DNA of 63,128 nucleotides, the filler included, from Octopus bimaculoides (lineage: Eukaryota), in NCBI RefSeq assembly GCF_001194135.2. It is 5 parts of 5 records of this genome, joined end to end, with 100 filler letters (N's around TTAATTAATTAA, not from the genome) between each part and the next. Parts side by side here need not be neighbours in the genome. Positions count along the whole stretch, not along the records: positions 1 to 28,683 come from NC_068982.1; 4 more parts are not named here. One strand, 5' to 3'. This document shows, in pieces, positions 13,501-25,847 of the stretch (position 1 is the stretch's first letter; each line of letters begins with the position of its first letter). The translations under genes and the position numbers were made by a program. The notes under the pieces were generated by a model that saw only the letters and a list, made by a program, of their open reading frames with translations, made no database searches and was not told where the DNA came from.

Positions 13501-13620
13501 CATAGTTCTGTCTTCGATTAGTTGTAGGAGGTGAAATATGGTTGTATTTTCTTTTTGTTGTTGTCGTAGGCCTCCTCTGTTGCTGCTTAGCCATTCAATC
13601 TTTCGCACAATAAGAGAACG
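10500..13620 (-). mobile_element. Near-complete but decayed CR1/L2-group LINE (APE endonuclease plus reverse transcriptase)
   Basis: APE motifs LLNVRSI, VMGDFNLP, LSDH. RT motifs LDYSKAFNMV, LGPLLFIIYINDL, KIFVDDTKL. C-terminus FKRSLDKFLQGISDKP. Many stops and frameshifts. Confidence 0.9.
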
Positions 13621-14324
13621 ATACTGCAAAAAAAGTCTGGACAACATCGTTTTATGCAATATAAAACAACCATCTAGCCAAACTCCACCCCAACATCCAT
13701 CAATGTAACATCATAAACACCACAAGATGCCAACCAGAAACTAGTGCGCCTATAAGATGGCGATGTCTAATTCGCATAACACCCGCAGATGGGATTTAGA
13801 AGAACTTTATGAGAATCTTCTATCCCAGCTCCCCATTTCCGTTAAGAGCCGTTACGTCAAAATATAGACTCATTCATTTTGTCTTTCTGACGAGTAGCCA
13901 AAAATGTGCGAAACAGATCACCTCAACACTTTCTCCCACAGTATGCGTGTGTATATTGACTAACTTGAATATGCTGACATTTTTATTAATTCCCTCTTGT
14001 GGCTAACGTTTTTAAATATTTGAGATTTATTTTATGCACATAAAATAAGTTTTCTACTAATTAACGTATGCTGTATACATAAAATATTATTTGATTATTC
14101 ATAAACCGCCAAAAGTGAAATACATTTATTAATCCACAACGTCACAATTTTCATCTCTGTTTACCAAATATAATATATGTATAACGCAAATGCGTTTACA
14201 TTCTTATTCAACGCTCTCACAGCTAAGGCCTTCAAATAAAATTTATTTCAGTCTTTCTGATAAACATGATGCCAATATAATATATGCATACTTAATTCTG
14301 TGATACATAATATATACAGAATTT

Positions 14325-14560
14325 ATCTAATACATATAAACCACAGTATGCGTGTGTATATTGACTAACGCATACAGTTCCACAATTCTCAAACGATTTT
14401 CACCAAACTTTACACACACATTACTTATGTCCCAAGGATGGTCATGCACTCTAACATTTTGCCCAGATCTCCCGTGTAAATGGACAAACCGGTAAAAACA
14501 GTGGTTTATACGGGTTTTTCCTCTAATTCGTTGTATGTGCATAGATTTTTTTGTATGTAG
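14325..14560 (+). mobile_element. Probable non-autonomous Helitron-type 5' fragment
   Basis: ATCTAATACATATAAA start followed by CTCAAACGATTTTCACCAAACTTTACACAC, resembling non-autonomous Helitron 5' regions. No 3' hairpin-CTAG end found. Confidence 0.45.
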
Positions 14561-15269
14561 GGTCTTCCATAGCTTTTAAATCTATATGGTCGTATATTGG
14601 CATTAGAGAATATTTTTAGTGGTTTTTCACATTTTTTTATTTATTATTTATCTATATGTTGTAATTATGTATCATTACTTTCTATACATTTTATGTGTAT
14701 TGGTGTGTATTTTGTGATTAAGTGTTTTGGTTAGAGAATATTATGAAAGTGAAAATATTTTGTCTAATTATTTATTTCGACTGTTTTCCATCCTGTTTTT
14801 AATCTATATGGCCGTATATTTCCATTACAGAATATTTTTAGTTTTCACATATTTTTTATTTATTATCTGTCTGCCTTACAACGTGACATCTTTTTATTGC
14901 GAACTGCTAAAGATTGAAAGCAGTACTCGTGAATTGAAGTCAAACTCATCATGTCTTCATTTTTCGTTATCTGAATTCAATTTTAGAGTGGTCGTAGACT
15001 GTAAGCGCGTAGCAATCACATTCCTTTAACTCTACCTTTTCAAGTATGAATTATAATGCCATATTTGAACGGACCAATCATACCTCTATCCGAAAAAATA
15101 GCTCTCTTTGCTGTTGAATAAAAATAAACTCATACAGGGAAAGTTTCAACGTTTTCCTTCAATTTCCTTACACGATTTATGTGACTATTTCTGACAAGAA
15201 ATTTTGCTTTCATGTAAAACAACTATATTTGTTGTCATTATCCATACTCTACTATATATACAATTACAA

Positions 15270-16705
15270 AAATGGGACAAGAACGCGGAACATCCAGGCA
15301 GTTAAGTGATACATAAAAGGGACAACAATACATCCAGATAGAAGATACAAAGAAAACAAGGAAAGGTCATTCGGAGTTTTCTTTCCTCGGTCGAGTTCAG
15401 ATTATCTTTGCAATTTCGGCTGACTATACTCCAGATTGCTCCAATCTGGCCAGCCCCAAGGAAAAACTAAGCTAAGAGCATTAGATTCCTTGGAAGAAAG
15501 CAGCGAATGTATACGAAAACAACAACGGACGCTGCTGTAAGGTTTTATTTCCACACACGCCAGCTTAATTTAATTCGTCCTTAGTCGAAAGACTTCTGTT
15601 GTTATGTCCTGTCCTTTGCATTTGTATTTGTGTAACAGTTCTCCGTTTTTTCCGTATACATTCGCCGCTTTCTTCCAAGGAATCTAATGCTCTTAGCTTA
15701 GTTTTTCCTTGAACCTGGCCACATTGGAGCAATCTCGAGTATAACCAGCCGAAATTGCAAAGATAATCTGGAACTCGACTGAGGAAAGAAAACTCCGAAT
15801 GACCCGTCCTTGTTTTCGTTGTATCGTCTGCCTGGATGTTTTGTTGTCCCTTTTTTGTATCACCTAACTGTCTGGATGTTTTGCGCTTTTGTCCCATTTT
15901 GGTATTTTTTATATATAAAAATATAGCAGCGTACGTACACTTTGGTCTCTTATATGTAAGTATATATATATCTAAATTTTGTACGACTCTATTATTCTTT
16001 CTATTATTTCATTCTTTCCTTCTTTCTATCAGCCTTTTAAGACTTACTTCGTTTATTCCTCTCTTCGTTCTTTCGTTCCCCCTCTCTCACATTTTCTGGC
16101 CTTCTCTTCATGCTCACTTTCCTTCTTCTTTCACTCTACTCTGTCCCTTTCATTTTTTCTCTCCCCTCCTTAATTGTGCTATCCCTCCGCATCTACCTCT
16201 CTCTCTTCTCTCCACACGTGACCAGTGTTCGGCCAGGCCTGACCTTTCTTTCCTGGTTCGACTACCATCCGTGCGACATCTATATTCCTCCCTATGTCTG
16301 TCAAAGGGTATGTCCCTGCCGTTAGGCTTTACTTCCACACACGTCAGCTTAACTTAATTCGTCCTTAGTCGAAAGACACCTGCTGTTATGTCTTGTTCTT
16401 TGCATTTATATTTGTGTAACATTTCTCCGTTTTTTTCCGTTGTTGTTTTCGTATACAGTCGCCGTTTTCTTCCAAGGAATCTAGTGCTCTTAGCTTAGTT
16501 TTTCCTTGGGGCTGGTCAGATTGGAGCAATCTAGAGTATAACCAGCCGAAATTGCAAAAATAATCTGGAACTCGACCGAGGAAAGAAAACTCCGAATGAC
16601 CTTTCCTTGTTTTCTTTGTATCGTGTGTCTGGATGTATTGTTGTCCCTTATTTGTACCATATAACTGTCTGGATGTTTTGCGTTATTGTCCCATTTTTGT
16701 ATTAT
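15270..16705 (+). mobile_element. Penelope-like terminal-repeat cluster: inverted copy plus two direct copies
   Basis: 15270-15530 is the reverse complement of part of 15531-15905. A third, longer direct copy spans about 16310-16705 and is preceded by a pyrimidine-rich segment. The inverted-plus-tandem pLTR layout is typical of Penelope-like elements. Confidence 0.7.
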
Positions 16706-17537
16706 ATATATATANNNNNNNNNNNNNNNNNNNNNNNNNNNNNNNNNNNNNNNNNNNNNNNNNNNNNNNNNNNNNNNNNNNNNNNNNNNNNNNNNNNNNN
16801 NNNNNNNNNNNNNNNNNNNNNNNNNNNNNNNNNNNNNNNNNNNNNNNNNNNNNNNNNNNNNNNNNNNNNNNNNNNNNNNNNNNNNNNNNNNNNNNNNNNN
16901 NNNNNNNNNNNNNNNNNNNNNNNNNNNNNNNNNNNNNNNNNNNNNNNNNNNNNNNNNNNNNNNNNNNNNNNNNNNNNNNNNNNNNNNNNNNNNNNNNNNN
17001 NNNNNNNNNNNNNNNNNNNNNNNNNNNNNNNNNNNNNNNNNNNNNNNNNNNNNNNNNNNNNNNNNNNNNNNNNNNNNNNNNNNNNNNNNNNNNNNNNNNN
17101 NNNNNNNNNNNNNNNNNNNNNNNNNNNNNNNNNNNNNNNNNNNNNNNNNNNNNNNNNNNNNNNNNNNNNNNNNNNNNNNNNNNNNNNNNNNNNNNNNNNN
17201 NNNNNNNNNNNNNNNNNNNNNNNNNNNNNNNNNNNNNNNNNNNNNNNNNNNNNNNNNNNNNNNNNNNNNNNNNNNNNNNNNNNNNNNNNNNNNNNNNNNN
17301 NNNNNNNNNNNNNNNNNNNNNNNNNNNNNNNNNNNNNNNNNNNNNNNNNNNNNNNNNNNNNNNNNNNNNNNNNNNNNNNNNNNNNNNNNNNNNNNNNNNN
17401 NNNNNNNNNNNNNNNNNNNNNNNNNNNNNNNNNNNNNNNNNNNNNNNNNNNNNNNNNNNNNNNNNNNNNNNNNNNNNNNNNNNNNNNNNNNNNNNNNNNN
17501 NNNNNNNNNNNNNNNNNNNNNNNNNNNNNNNNNNNNN

Positions 17538-17592
<55 letters not shown>

Positions 17593-17599
17593 ATATGGA

Positions 17600-17860
17600 G
17601 AGTTCACAAAAAAACAACAGACGAAGTCTGGTGGTGCTGAAAACAAAGATGTATTAGTATAACGCTCGGGAATTGAGAAAGTCTTTAACGTTTCGAACCT
17701 ACGCTCTCCTAGTGAAAGGAGCACACAAAGAAAGAAGGAGAGAAAAAATGTGTGTAGCGGTCAGCGATCTATCATGGCGAATGCCGGACAGAAGGGTCAC
17801 ACAGGAGAGTTAAGAAGAAGGGGAGATAACAAAGTCTTAGTGATTCCAAAACGAAGGTGC
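17600..17860 (-). mobile_element. Penelope-like pLTR copy with degenerate hammerhead (17682-17720)
   Basis: Homologous to 33420-33575 and 44985-45130. GAGC-gtag-GTTC-GAAACGTT-AAAGA is retained, but the left core is mutated to CACTAGG. Confidence 0.65.
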
Positions 17861-18059
17861 GTCTGTGTGAGAGAGTGCTGCTGATCTTAACGTATGCGTG
17901 TGTGTATGTAGGTGTGAATGTGTTAAAATGCGGGGATGGTAATTGGTCAGTGCTGGTGTGTGTGTGGTGGTGTGTTGTGTTGTATGGCGTAGCGTGGTGT
18001 GGTGTTATGGTGTTGGGAGGCGAGGGAGGCGAGAGTGGAGAAAGTACGGGTGGTGTGTG

Positions 18060-18447
18060 GGTTAGGTAGGGGTGGGATAGAGGTGGGGTATGTGGGTAGG
18101 CAGAGTTTTAGGGTAGGTGGGGTAGGTGGAGTAGGTGGGTAGGTGGGGTAGGTGGATAGGTAGAGGATGGGGATAGGCGTGGAGTATGTGGGAGGGGTGT
18201 AGGGGATTGGGAGTAAGGGATGTGATCCAAAGAATGGGATGGGAAGGAATGGGAAGGTGGGGTAGGAGTATATAGGTGTGGGGTGGGCTTATGAGGGAGG
18301 GCTGACGATGAAAGGGGAAGGGGAAGGTGGGTATGAGAGAAGAGAGAAAGAGAGGAGAGAGAAAGAGAGTAAGAGAGAAGAAAGAAAGTAGGGGTGAAGA
18401 GAAGTAGGAGTGTAGAGAAGTAAAGAGCATGAGAGGAGAGGTGGGTC
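18060..18447 (+). repeat. G/purine-rich low-complexity tract (GGTA/GGGT/GAGA)
   Basis: Direct reading; runs into an N gap. Confidence 0.85.
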
Positions 18448-18840
18448 NNNNNNNNNNNNNNNNNNNNNNNNNNNNNNNNNNNNNNNNNNNNNNNNNNNNN
18501 NNNNNNNNNNNNNNNNNNNNNNNNNNNNNNNNNNNNNNNNNNNNNNNNNNNNNNNNNNNNNNNNNNNNNNNNNNNNNNNNNNNNNNNNNNNNNNNNNNNN
18601 NNNNNNNNNNNNNNNNNNNNNNNNNNNNNNNNNNNNNNNNNNNNNNNNNNNNNNNNNNNNNNNNNNNNNNNNNNNNNNNNNNNNNNNNNNNNNNNNNNNN
18701 NNNNNNNNNNNNNNNNNNNNNNNNNNNNNNNNNNNNNNNNNNNNNNNNNNNNNNNNNNNNNNNNNNNNNNNNNNNNNNNNNNNNNNNNNNNNNNNNNNNN
18801 NNNNNNNNNNNNNNNNNNNNNNNNNNNNNNNNNNNNNNNN

Positions 18841-18898
<58 letters not shown>

Positions 18899-19278
18899 TG
18901 TGTGTGGGTGTGTGTGTGTGTGGGTGTTTGAGTGTGTGCGTGTGTAAATATAAATGAACAGAAATAACTCAAATTGGTTAGTTGCATAGACAAATACAGG
19001 AATGTCAAATATCATACATAAATTTGAGGTTTATTGAAATTATCTCTGGCTTTTGAAGATGTATAATAATTATCAAATGCCAATGAAGAGCAGTCCTACT
19101 TGAGAAGGAGGAGATAATCTCGAGAATCAAAATTTCTCCCAAACTGGCAAACCATTAAAGAAAAGGACAGACTTATTGCCTAAAGGTAAGATGACATTAA
19201 TGGAAACGTGTTTCTGTCTCACAGCTGTCATCAGCACAACAATTTCTCGAAATTTTCTCCAGTAGCCAAAGAACCAAC

Positions 19279-19311
<33 letters not shown>

Positions 19312-19335
19312 CACACACACACACACACACACACA

Positions 19336-19389
<54 letters not shown>

Positions 19390-19889
19390 AAAAAAGCACA
19401 TACACACATGTGCCTGTCTCTCTGTCTGTCTGCTGGTTTATGTAGGATGAATTAAAGGGGAGTGTTTTATACATATTGTGGAGGATATGGTTTTTGTTAT
19501 TGAAACTGAAACTGACTATTTGTTCTGCCAATCGAGTTTCATGCCACTGCGATCTCAGACAGGAATTGTTACAACTCGGTTTTGGTAGTGTATTTATATT
19601 TTTTGATGTTGTGTGTATGTGTGTGAGTGCATGTGTGGGGTGTGTATGTGTGTGTGAGTGCATGTGCGTGTGTGTGAATAAACAGATAAAGTGTGTGTGT
19701 GTGTAATCTAGTATTTACTTTCGCTCCTAAGTTAGTTTTTTTTTTTTTTGTTAATTGATTCATCGGTTGCTTATGTTTTTTATTGTGATATGATGCTGGT
19801 ATTTCTTGAAATTGTCGGTACGAAGCCATGTTATGAATTTGTATTGAGTTGAGTACGGGACTTTTTTGTGTATGTGTCTATGTGAGCGC

Positions 19890-20042
19890 AAATATGTAGA
19901 ATGCTTGAAGTTTGTTTCGCAACAAACATGGTTCCCGCTTCAGTTTCACAGCCAGGCACCTTGGGCAAGTGTCTTCTACTATAGCCGACCGAAGCCTTCT
20001 GAGTGGATTTGGTTGACGGAAACTGAAAGCCCATCGTGTATG

Positions 20043-20076
<34 letters not shown>

Positions 20077-20226
20077 TATACATATACATATATACATATA
20101 TATATATATACATATGTTTAAATATAAAAATATATATATATATATATAAATATATATATACTATTATATGATCGAACGCCACGTATCCTTTTCCAAGTAA
20201 GTTTTATCTATCTATCTATCTATCTA

Positions 20227-20290
<64 letters not shown>

Positions 20291-20570
20291 TGTGTGTCTG
20301 TCTGTCTCTGTGTGTGAGCGTGTGTGCGTGCATCGGTATGTGTACACGGGTGTGTGATTGTGTCTGTGTTTCTCCCCATCAACGCTTGACTGGTGTTCGT
20401 GTGTTTACGTCCCCGTAACTTAGGTGGTTCGGCAAAAAAGAGGCTGATAGAATAAGTATCAGGCTTTAAAAAAACTCGGTACTGGGTTCGATTAATTCCA
20501 CTAAAATACTCTTCAAGGCGGTGTCCCAGCATGGCCGCAGTCAAATGACAGAAACAAGTAAAAGAGAACA
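19890..20570 (+). mobile_element. SINE family A with about 330 bp of expanded internal microsatellite
   Basis: Head and central domain 19890-20040, TA/TCTA/TG repeats 20040-20370, tail 20375-20570. Confidence 0.85.
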
Positions 20571-20941
20571 GCTAAATGTCGTTTTTAAGAAAAGTTGTTT
20601 ATGAATGGGTTAGTCTAATAAATAGTTGAAGACATAACTTACATTTATGTGTCTGTTTTGAAAGACTCCTCATGTGAAATCGTATGTTGAATCAGATATT
20701 GTTATATTTGACGTTGGTCATCTTTTGCTACTTCACCACACGCACCATATACTTCGCTTCAACTTCTTTTAATATCTTGTGACGTCTTCAGCAACTCTCC
20801 ATCCCAAATATAACGATATATCTATTGTTAATAGCTAAATGTCTAATGAATTGTGGTTTTCACGGCTGAGTGATTTCGGAAGTTTCTTTTGTGAATAAAA
20901 ACATGTCCTTTTATGAATTTTTGTTTCTCTATTTTTCTCTC

Positions 20942-21020
20942 TCCAATGGTATACATTTTCATATTTGCAGAATTTATATGGAAACCTTAATAACGTTCTA
21001 TATGTTTTATTCTAGTACGA

Positions 21021-21055
<35 letters not shown>

Positions 21056-21178
21056 TATATATATATATATATATATATGCGCATACATATCTATATATTA
21101 AGTATCTAAAAGAGACCGAGAAAAATAGGTGTGGGCGAATGTTGCTTATCAAGCGTACAACATATACATATATGTTGC
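20942..21178 (+). repeat. Direct duplicate, copy 1 (copy 2 at 27602-27845)
   Basis: The first roughly 80 non-repetitive bases read identical; the copies differ mostly in microsatellite length. Confidence 0.9.
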
Positions 21179-21196
21179 AATGAGAATAAATATGTG

Positions 21197-21237
<41 letters not shown>

Positions 21238-21717
21238 GTATATGCATACATATATACGTATATGCATACATATACGTATATGCATACATACATACATACA
21301 TACATACATACATACGTATGTGCGTGTGTTTGTAGTGTAAGGCTTAATGAAATTTTGCGTAGGAATTGTGCTAGGTTTTGTGATGTGCACGCACATACAT
21401 GATGTACATATGTGAATTTCTAATGTTTCACCATTTACAAATGACATAGTAATTTAAGATATATTACAGGCTGAGGGTTATCTGTAACTTGGATTTGGAT
21501 AGCAATACAGAAGCTTGTACATCATCCTCAAATATCCTTATGTGATATCTATAAGACATATTGTATAAAGAATACCTAAAGCTTTTTCAAAAAAACTTCG
21601 AACGAAGAGAGGGGGAAAGGTAGAGTTTTGTAAGCATTTCACATTAAAAACTGATTGATCTCCAACAATAAATTACGTATTTATACATACGTATGTAAAT
21701 GTGCATGCATGTATGCA

Positions 21718-21774
<57 letters not shown>

Positions 21775-21849
21775 TACATTGTGCGATAGGTAAATTGTCG
21801 CCATTTTATATATCTAATTTCGAGCATGAGTAATGTTTCTTTTTGATGT

Positions 21850-22503
21850 TTTGTCGACTACACAGAGTCGTAGGGTTAGCAGGGCGCTGTTTGTGAGAAA
21901 AACAGCACCATAACATATAAACGACTTGCTGTACTACTTTGCATTCACGCCGGAAGCTTAAATATGAACATTTCAGAGAGTTTGGGGAGGCAAACCGAGG
22001 ACAGTGGATGTACCGAAAGTGATGTAAGTCAAACATCTAATCAACATCATGATATTTGGAGTGATCACTAATAATGGCGATGTTATGCCTCCAATCATCT
22101 TCTCACATGTCCTCAGACTCAACTACATCAAGTGCCCTAGGAGGTAGTGCTGCGCTGAGTCAAAAGGGTAGCTGCAGGAAGACCCTGTGTCTGGCAACAG
22201 GACACTGCACCACGCCACACTACCAGGAGAAGCCGGTCATGACTTTCAGATAATTTCTGCGACCACATCGCCCCTAACATCTAGCCACCTAACTTCCCAG
22301 ACTGCAACTCCCTTGATTATTATGTATGGGGCGCAGTTGAGAGAGAGACCAACAAATCTCCTTCTAACAGCAAAGATGAACTGAAGGCAAAGATTATGGC
22401 AGCATTCACCAACTTAATTAATGAGGTCGTCCAGAAGAGTTGGAGGAGATTCCGAAGTCATCTGGAGGCCATTATTGAAGCCAATGGCGATTTTAAGGAA
22501 TAA
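21850..22503 (+). pseudogene. maT/DD37D (Bmmar1-like) transposase relic, catalytic half
   Basis: IMIFGVITNNGDVMPP..WQQDTAPRH..PPNFPDCNSLDYYVWGAVE..HLEAIIEANGD. 37 codons between the second and third catalytic D; in-frame stops. Confidence 0.88.
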
Positions 22504-22524
22504 ATGTACATATGTATATGTTAG

Positions 22525-22562
<38 letters not shown>

Positions 22563-23024
22563 NNNNNNNNNNNNNNNNNNNNNNNNNNNNNNNNNNNNNN
22601 NNNNNNNNNNNNNNNNNNNNNNNNNNNNNNNNNNNNNNNNNNNNNNNNNNNNNNNNNNNNNNNNNNNNNNNNNNNNNNNNNNNNNNNNNNNNNNNNNNNN
22701 NNNNNNNNNNNNNNNNNNNNNNNNNNNNNNNNNNNNNNNNNNNNNNNNNNNNNNNNNNNNNNNNNNNNNNNNNNNNNNNNNNNNNNNNNNNNNNNNNNNN
22801 NNNNNNNNNNNNNNNNNNNNNNNNNNNNNNNNNNNNNNNNNNNNNNNNNNNNNNNNNNNNNNNNNNNNNNNNNNNNNNNNNNNNNNNNNNNNNNNNNNNN
22901 NNNNNNNNNNNNNNNNNNNNNNNNNNNNNNNNNNNNNNNNNNNNNNNNNNNNNNNNNNNNNNNNNNNNNNNNNNNNNNNNNNNNNNNNNNNNNNNNNNNN
23001 NNNNNNNNNNNNNNNNNNNNNNNN

Positions 23025-23056
<32 letters not shown>

Positions 23057-23059
<3 letters not shown>

Positions 23060-23317
23060 TTAGGGAAAATAACCAATTTTCAAGAACTCATCGATGAAAA
23101 TCCACTATCACATATAGAAAAATTAATAATTAAAAGCACAATAAATGAGTATAATATAAAGTAAAGTAAATATCATAAGATAAATATAATATATTATATT
23201 TATCTTATGATATTTACTTTACTTTATATCATTTATTGTGCTTTTAATTATTAATTTTTCTATATGTGATAGTGGATTTTCATCGATGAGTTCTTGAAAA
23301 TTGGTTATTTTCCCTAA

Positions 23318-23320
<3 letters not shown>
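23057..23320. repeat. Spacerless palindrome, about 130-bp arms, flanked by (TA)n
   Basis: Centre at 23191/23192. Arms match except for a 6-bp extra (GTATAA) in the left arm. Confidence 0.92.
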
Positions 23321-23357
<37 letters not shown>

Positions 23358-23639
23358 TATTAATGTTTCTACGCATGTAATGTATGTATGTATGGAGGCA
23401 ATAAGTGAGTGCTAGATATGCTAGATATTGAAACACATAGTAGCGCTAAATAAATTCAACTTAAACTCCCACGGCATTAAGAGTGTCTAAAGGAGAAATC
23501 CAAAACGAGTTGATATGGTGGAAGTAACAATGCAGATAAACACAGTAAGGCAAAACACACACAAATATATGACTATATATATATATATATATATAACACT
23601 GGTGCCTAAACTCAAGTACCATATTCACCTTGAATCTAC

Positions 23640-23697
<58 letters not shown>

Positions 23698-24094
23698 CTG
23701 TGAATGTGTGAGTGCATGTGTGGGAGTCAGCGTATGCGTGCATATATGTAAGTGAGCGTATATGCGCATGTTAGTGAGCGTATGTGCGCTGGTGAGTGTG
23801 TGTGAGTGTGTTTGTGTTTAACTGTAAGCATAAGTTTGTTTGTATATATTCAAAAGTTTGTCTTTTTCTCTCTGTATGATTGACATTTATTCAAGGAAAT
23901 ATTCGCTCCGTGTATGTGTGCGTGGCATTTTCTGTTCGTCTGCCATTGTTGTGCTATTGATTGTGTAAATCAGGGATAAACTTTTGTTACTTTACCATTG
24001 GCCATAAAAAGTAAACAAACAATGTACGATGGGATGTATTTATGTATGTTTACAAATTCAGGACGCAGCTGCTGATCTTTTATTTTTTTATTTC

Positions 24095-24270
24095 TTTCAG
24101 TCGTTTGACTGCAGCCATGCTGAAGCATCGCTCTTTAGTCGTACAAATCGATCTCAGGATTTATTCTTTGTAAACCTGATGCTTAGTCTAACGGTCTGTT
24201 TTGCCGAACCGCTAGATTACGGGGGACGTAAGCGCACCAACATCGGTTGTAAAGCGATGTTGGGAAGACA
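24095..24270 (-). mobile_element. SINE family A 3' half
   Basis: Reverse complement matches the 20380-20570 tail. Confidence 0.75.
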
Positions 24271-24314
24271 AACACAGACACACAAATACATACGTATATA
24301 CATACATACATACA

Positions 24315-24371
<57 letters not shown>

Positions 24372-25148
24372 NNNNNNNNNNNNNNNNNNNNNNNNNNNNN
24401 NNNNNNNNNNNNNNNNNNNNNNNNNNNNNNNNNNNNNNNNNNNNNNNNNNNNNNNNNNNNNNNNNNNNNNNNNNNNNNNNNNNNNNNNNNNNNNNNNNNN
24501 NNNNNNNNNNNNNNNNNNNNNNNNNNNNNNNNNNNNNNNNNNNNNNNNNNNNNNNNNNNNNNNNNNNNNNNNNNNNNNNNNNNNNNNNNNNNNNNNNNNN
24601 NNNNNNNNNNNNNNNNNNNNNNNNNNNNNNNNNNNNNNNNNNNNNNNNNNNNNNNNNNNNNNNNNNNNNNNNNNNNNNNNNNNNNNNNNNNNNNNNNNNN
24701 NNNNNNNNNNNNNNNNNNNNNNNNNNNNNNNNNNNNNNNNNNNNNNNNNNNNNNNNNNNNNNNNNNNNNNNNNNNNNNNNNNNNNNNNNNNNNNNNNNNN
24801 NNNNNNNNNNNNNNNNNNNNNNNNNNNNNNNNNNNNNNNNNNNNNNNNNNNNNNNNNNNNNNNNNNNNNNNNNNNNNNNNNNNNNNNNNNNNNNNNNNNN
24901 NNNNNNNNNNNNNNNNNNNNNNNNNNNNNNNNNNNNNNNNNNNNNNNNNNNNNNNNNNNNNNNNNNNNNNNNNNNNNNNNNNNNNNNNNNNNNNNNNNNN
25001 NNNNNNNNNNNNNNNNNNNNNNNNNNNNNNNNNNNNNNNNNNNNNNNNNNNNNNNNNNNNNNNNNNNNNNNNNNNNNNNNNNNNNNNNNNNNNNNNNNNN
25101 NNNNNNNNNNNNNNNNNNNNNNNNNNNNNNNNNNNNNNNNNNNNNNNN

Positions 25149-25180
<32 letters not shown>

Positions 25181-25243
25181 TATAAATATATACACACTGT
25201 ACGTACATACATAAATACATACATACGTACGTATGTACATACA

Positions 25244-25274
<31 letters not shown>

Positions 25275-25847
25275 CCGCACACATGCAAGTATGCATATAC
25301 AGTTAGTTGCTTATGTTTGTTCTTTGCGAATTCTGTTATCATATTTTCTATCTGCTGACTCGTTCAGCAATTTTTAAAAATCATTTTTCATTTGTTTTCT
25401 TCCTTATAAGATAACGCGCCGCAGAGATCCCCATTACTATGACCTTTGGAGTCTTCCCGAGATCTTTTAGTTTTACACGACTGATATACGACTTGAACAT
25501 CTGTAGGAAGGTGTGCGTAAAGAAAAAATCAAAGGTAGGCAACAAAATAGAGGGAGAAGTTATAAAGTGAATGTAAATGATGAAGTACTTCGTGCAAGTT
25601 CGGAGAGGTTATAGGCAATGAAGATGGTGTGATGAGGAAACACGAATTGGGTGGTTAAGCAGTGACTTGTTCAAGAGAGAAAAAGACCATTGTACCGAAA
25701 GAATATACTGAAGAGAAAAATCGGTGCATTTGCTTTCATTATAATTCAATGGATAAAAGCGATAAAATAGAATCGACAGATCAGAGGTAAAATTCTCTTT
25801 CTGTATTTACTTCTGTCTTGTAATGGAATAGGAAATAGATAAAGAAA

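Noticed and set aside
13881-13925. CTGACGA..GAAAC hammerhead-like string
   Set aside because: Only a 3-bp stem II, mismatched stem III and no stem I.
13939-14370. 27-bp direct repeat (13939-13965 and 14344-14370)
   Set aside because: Most simply a second fragment of the same Helitron-like repeat.
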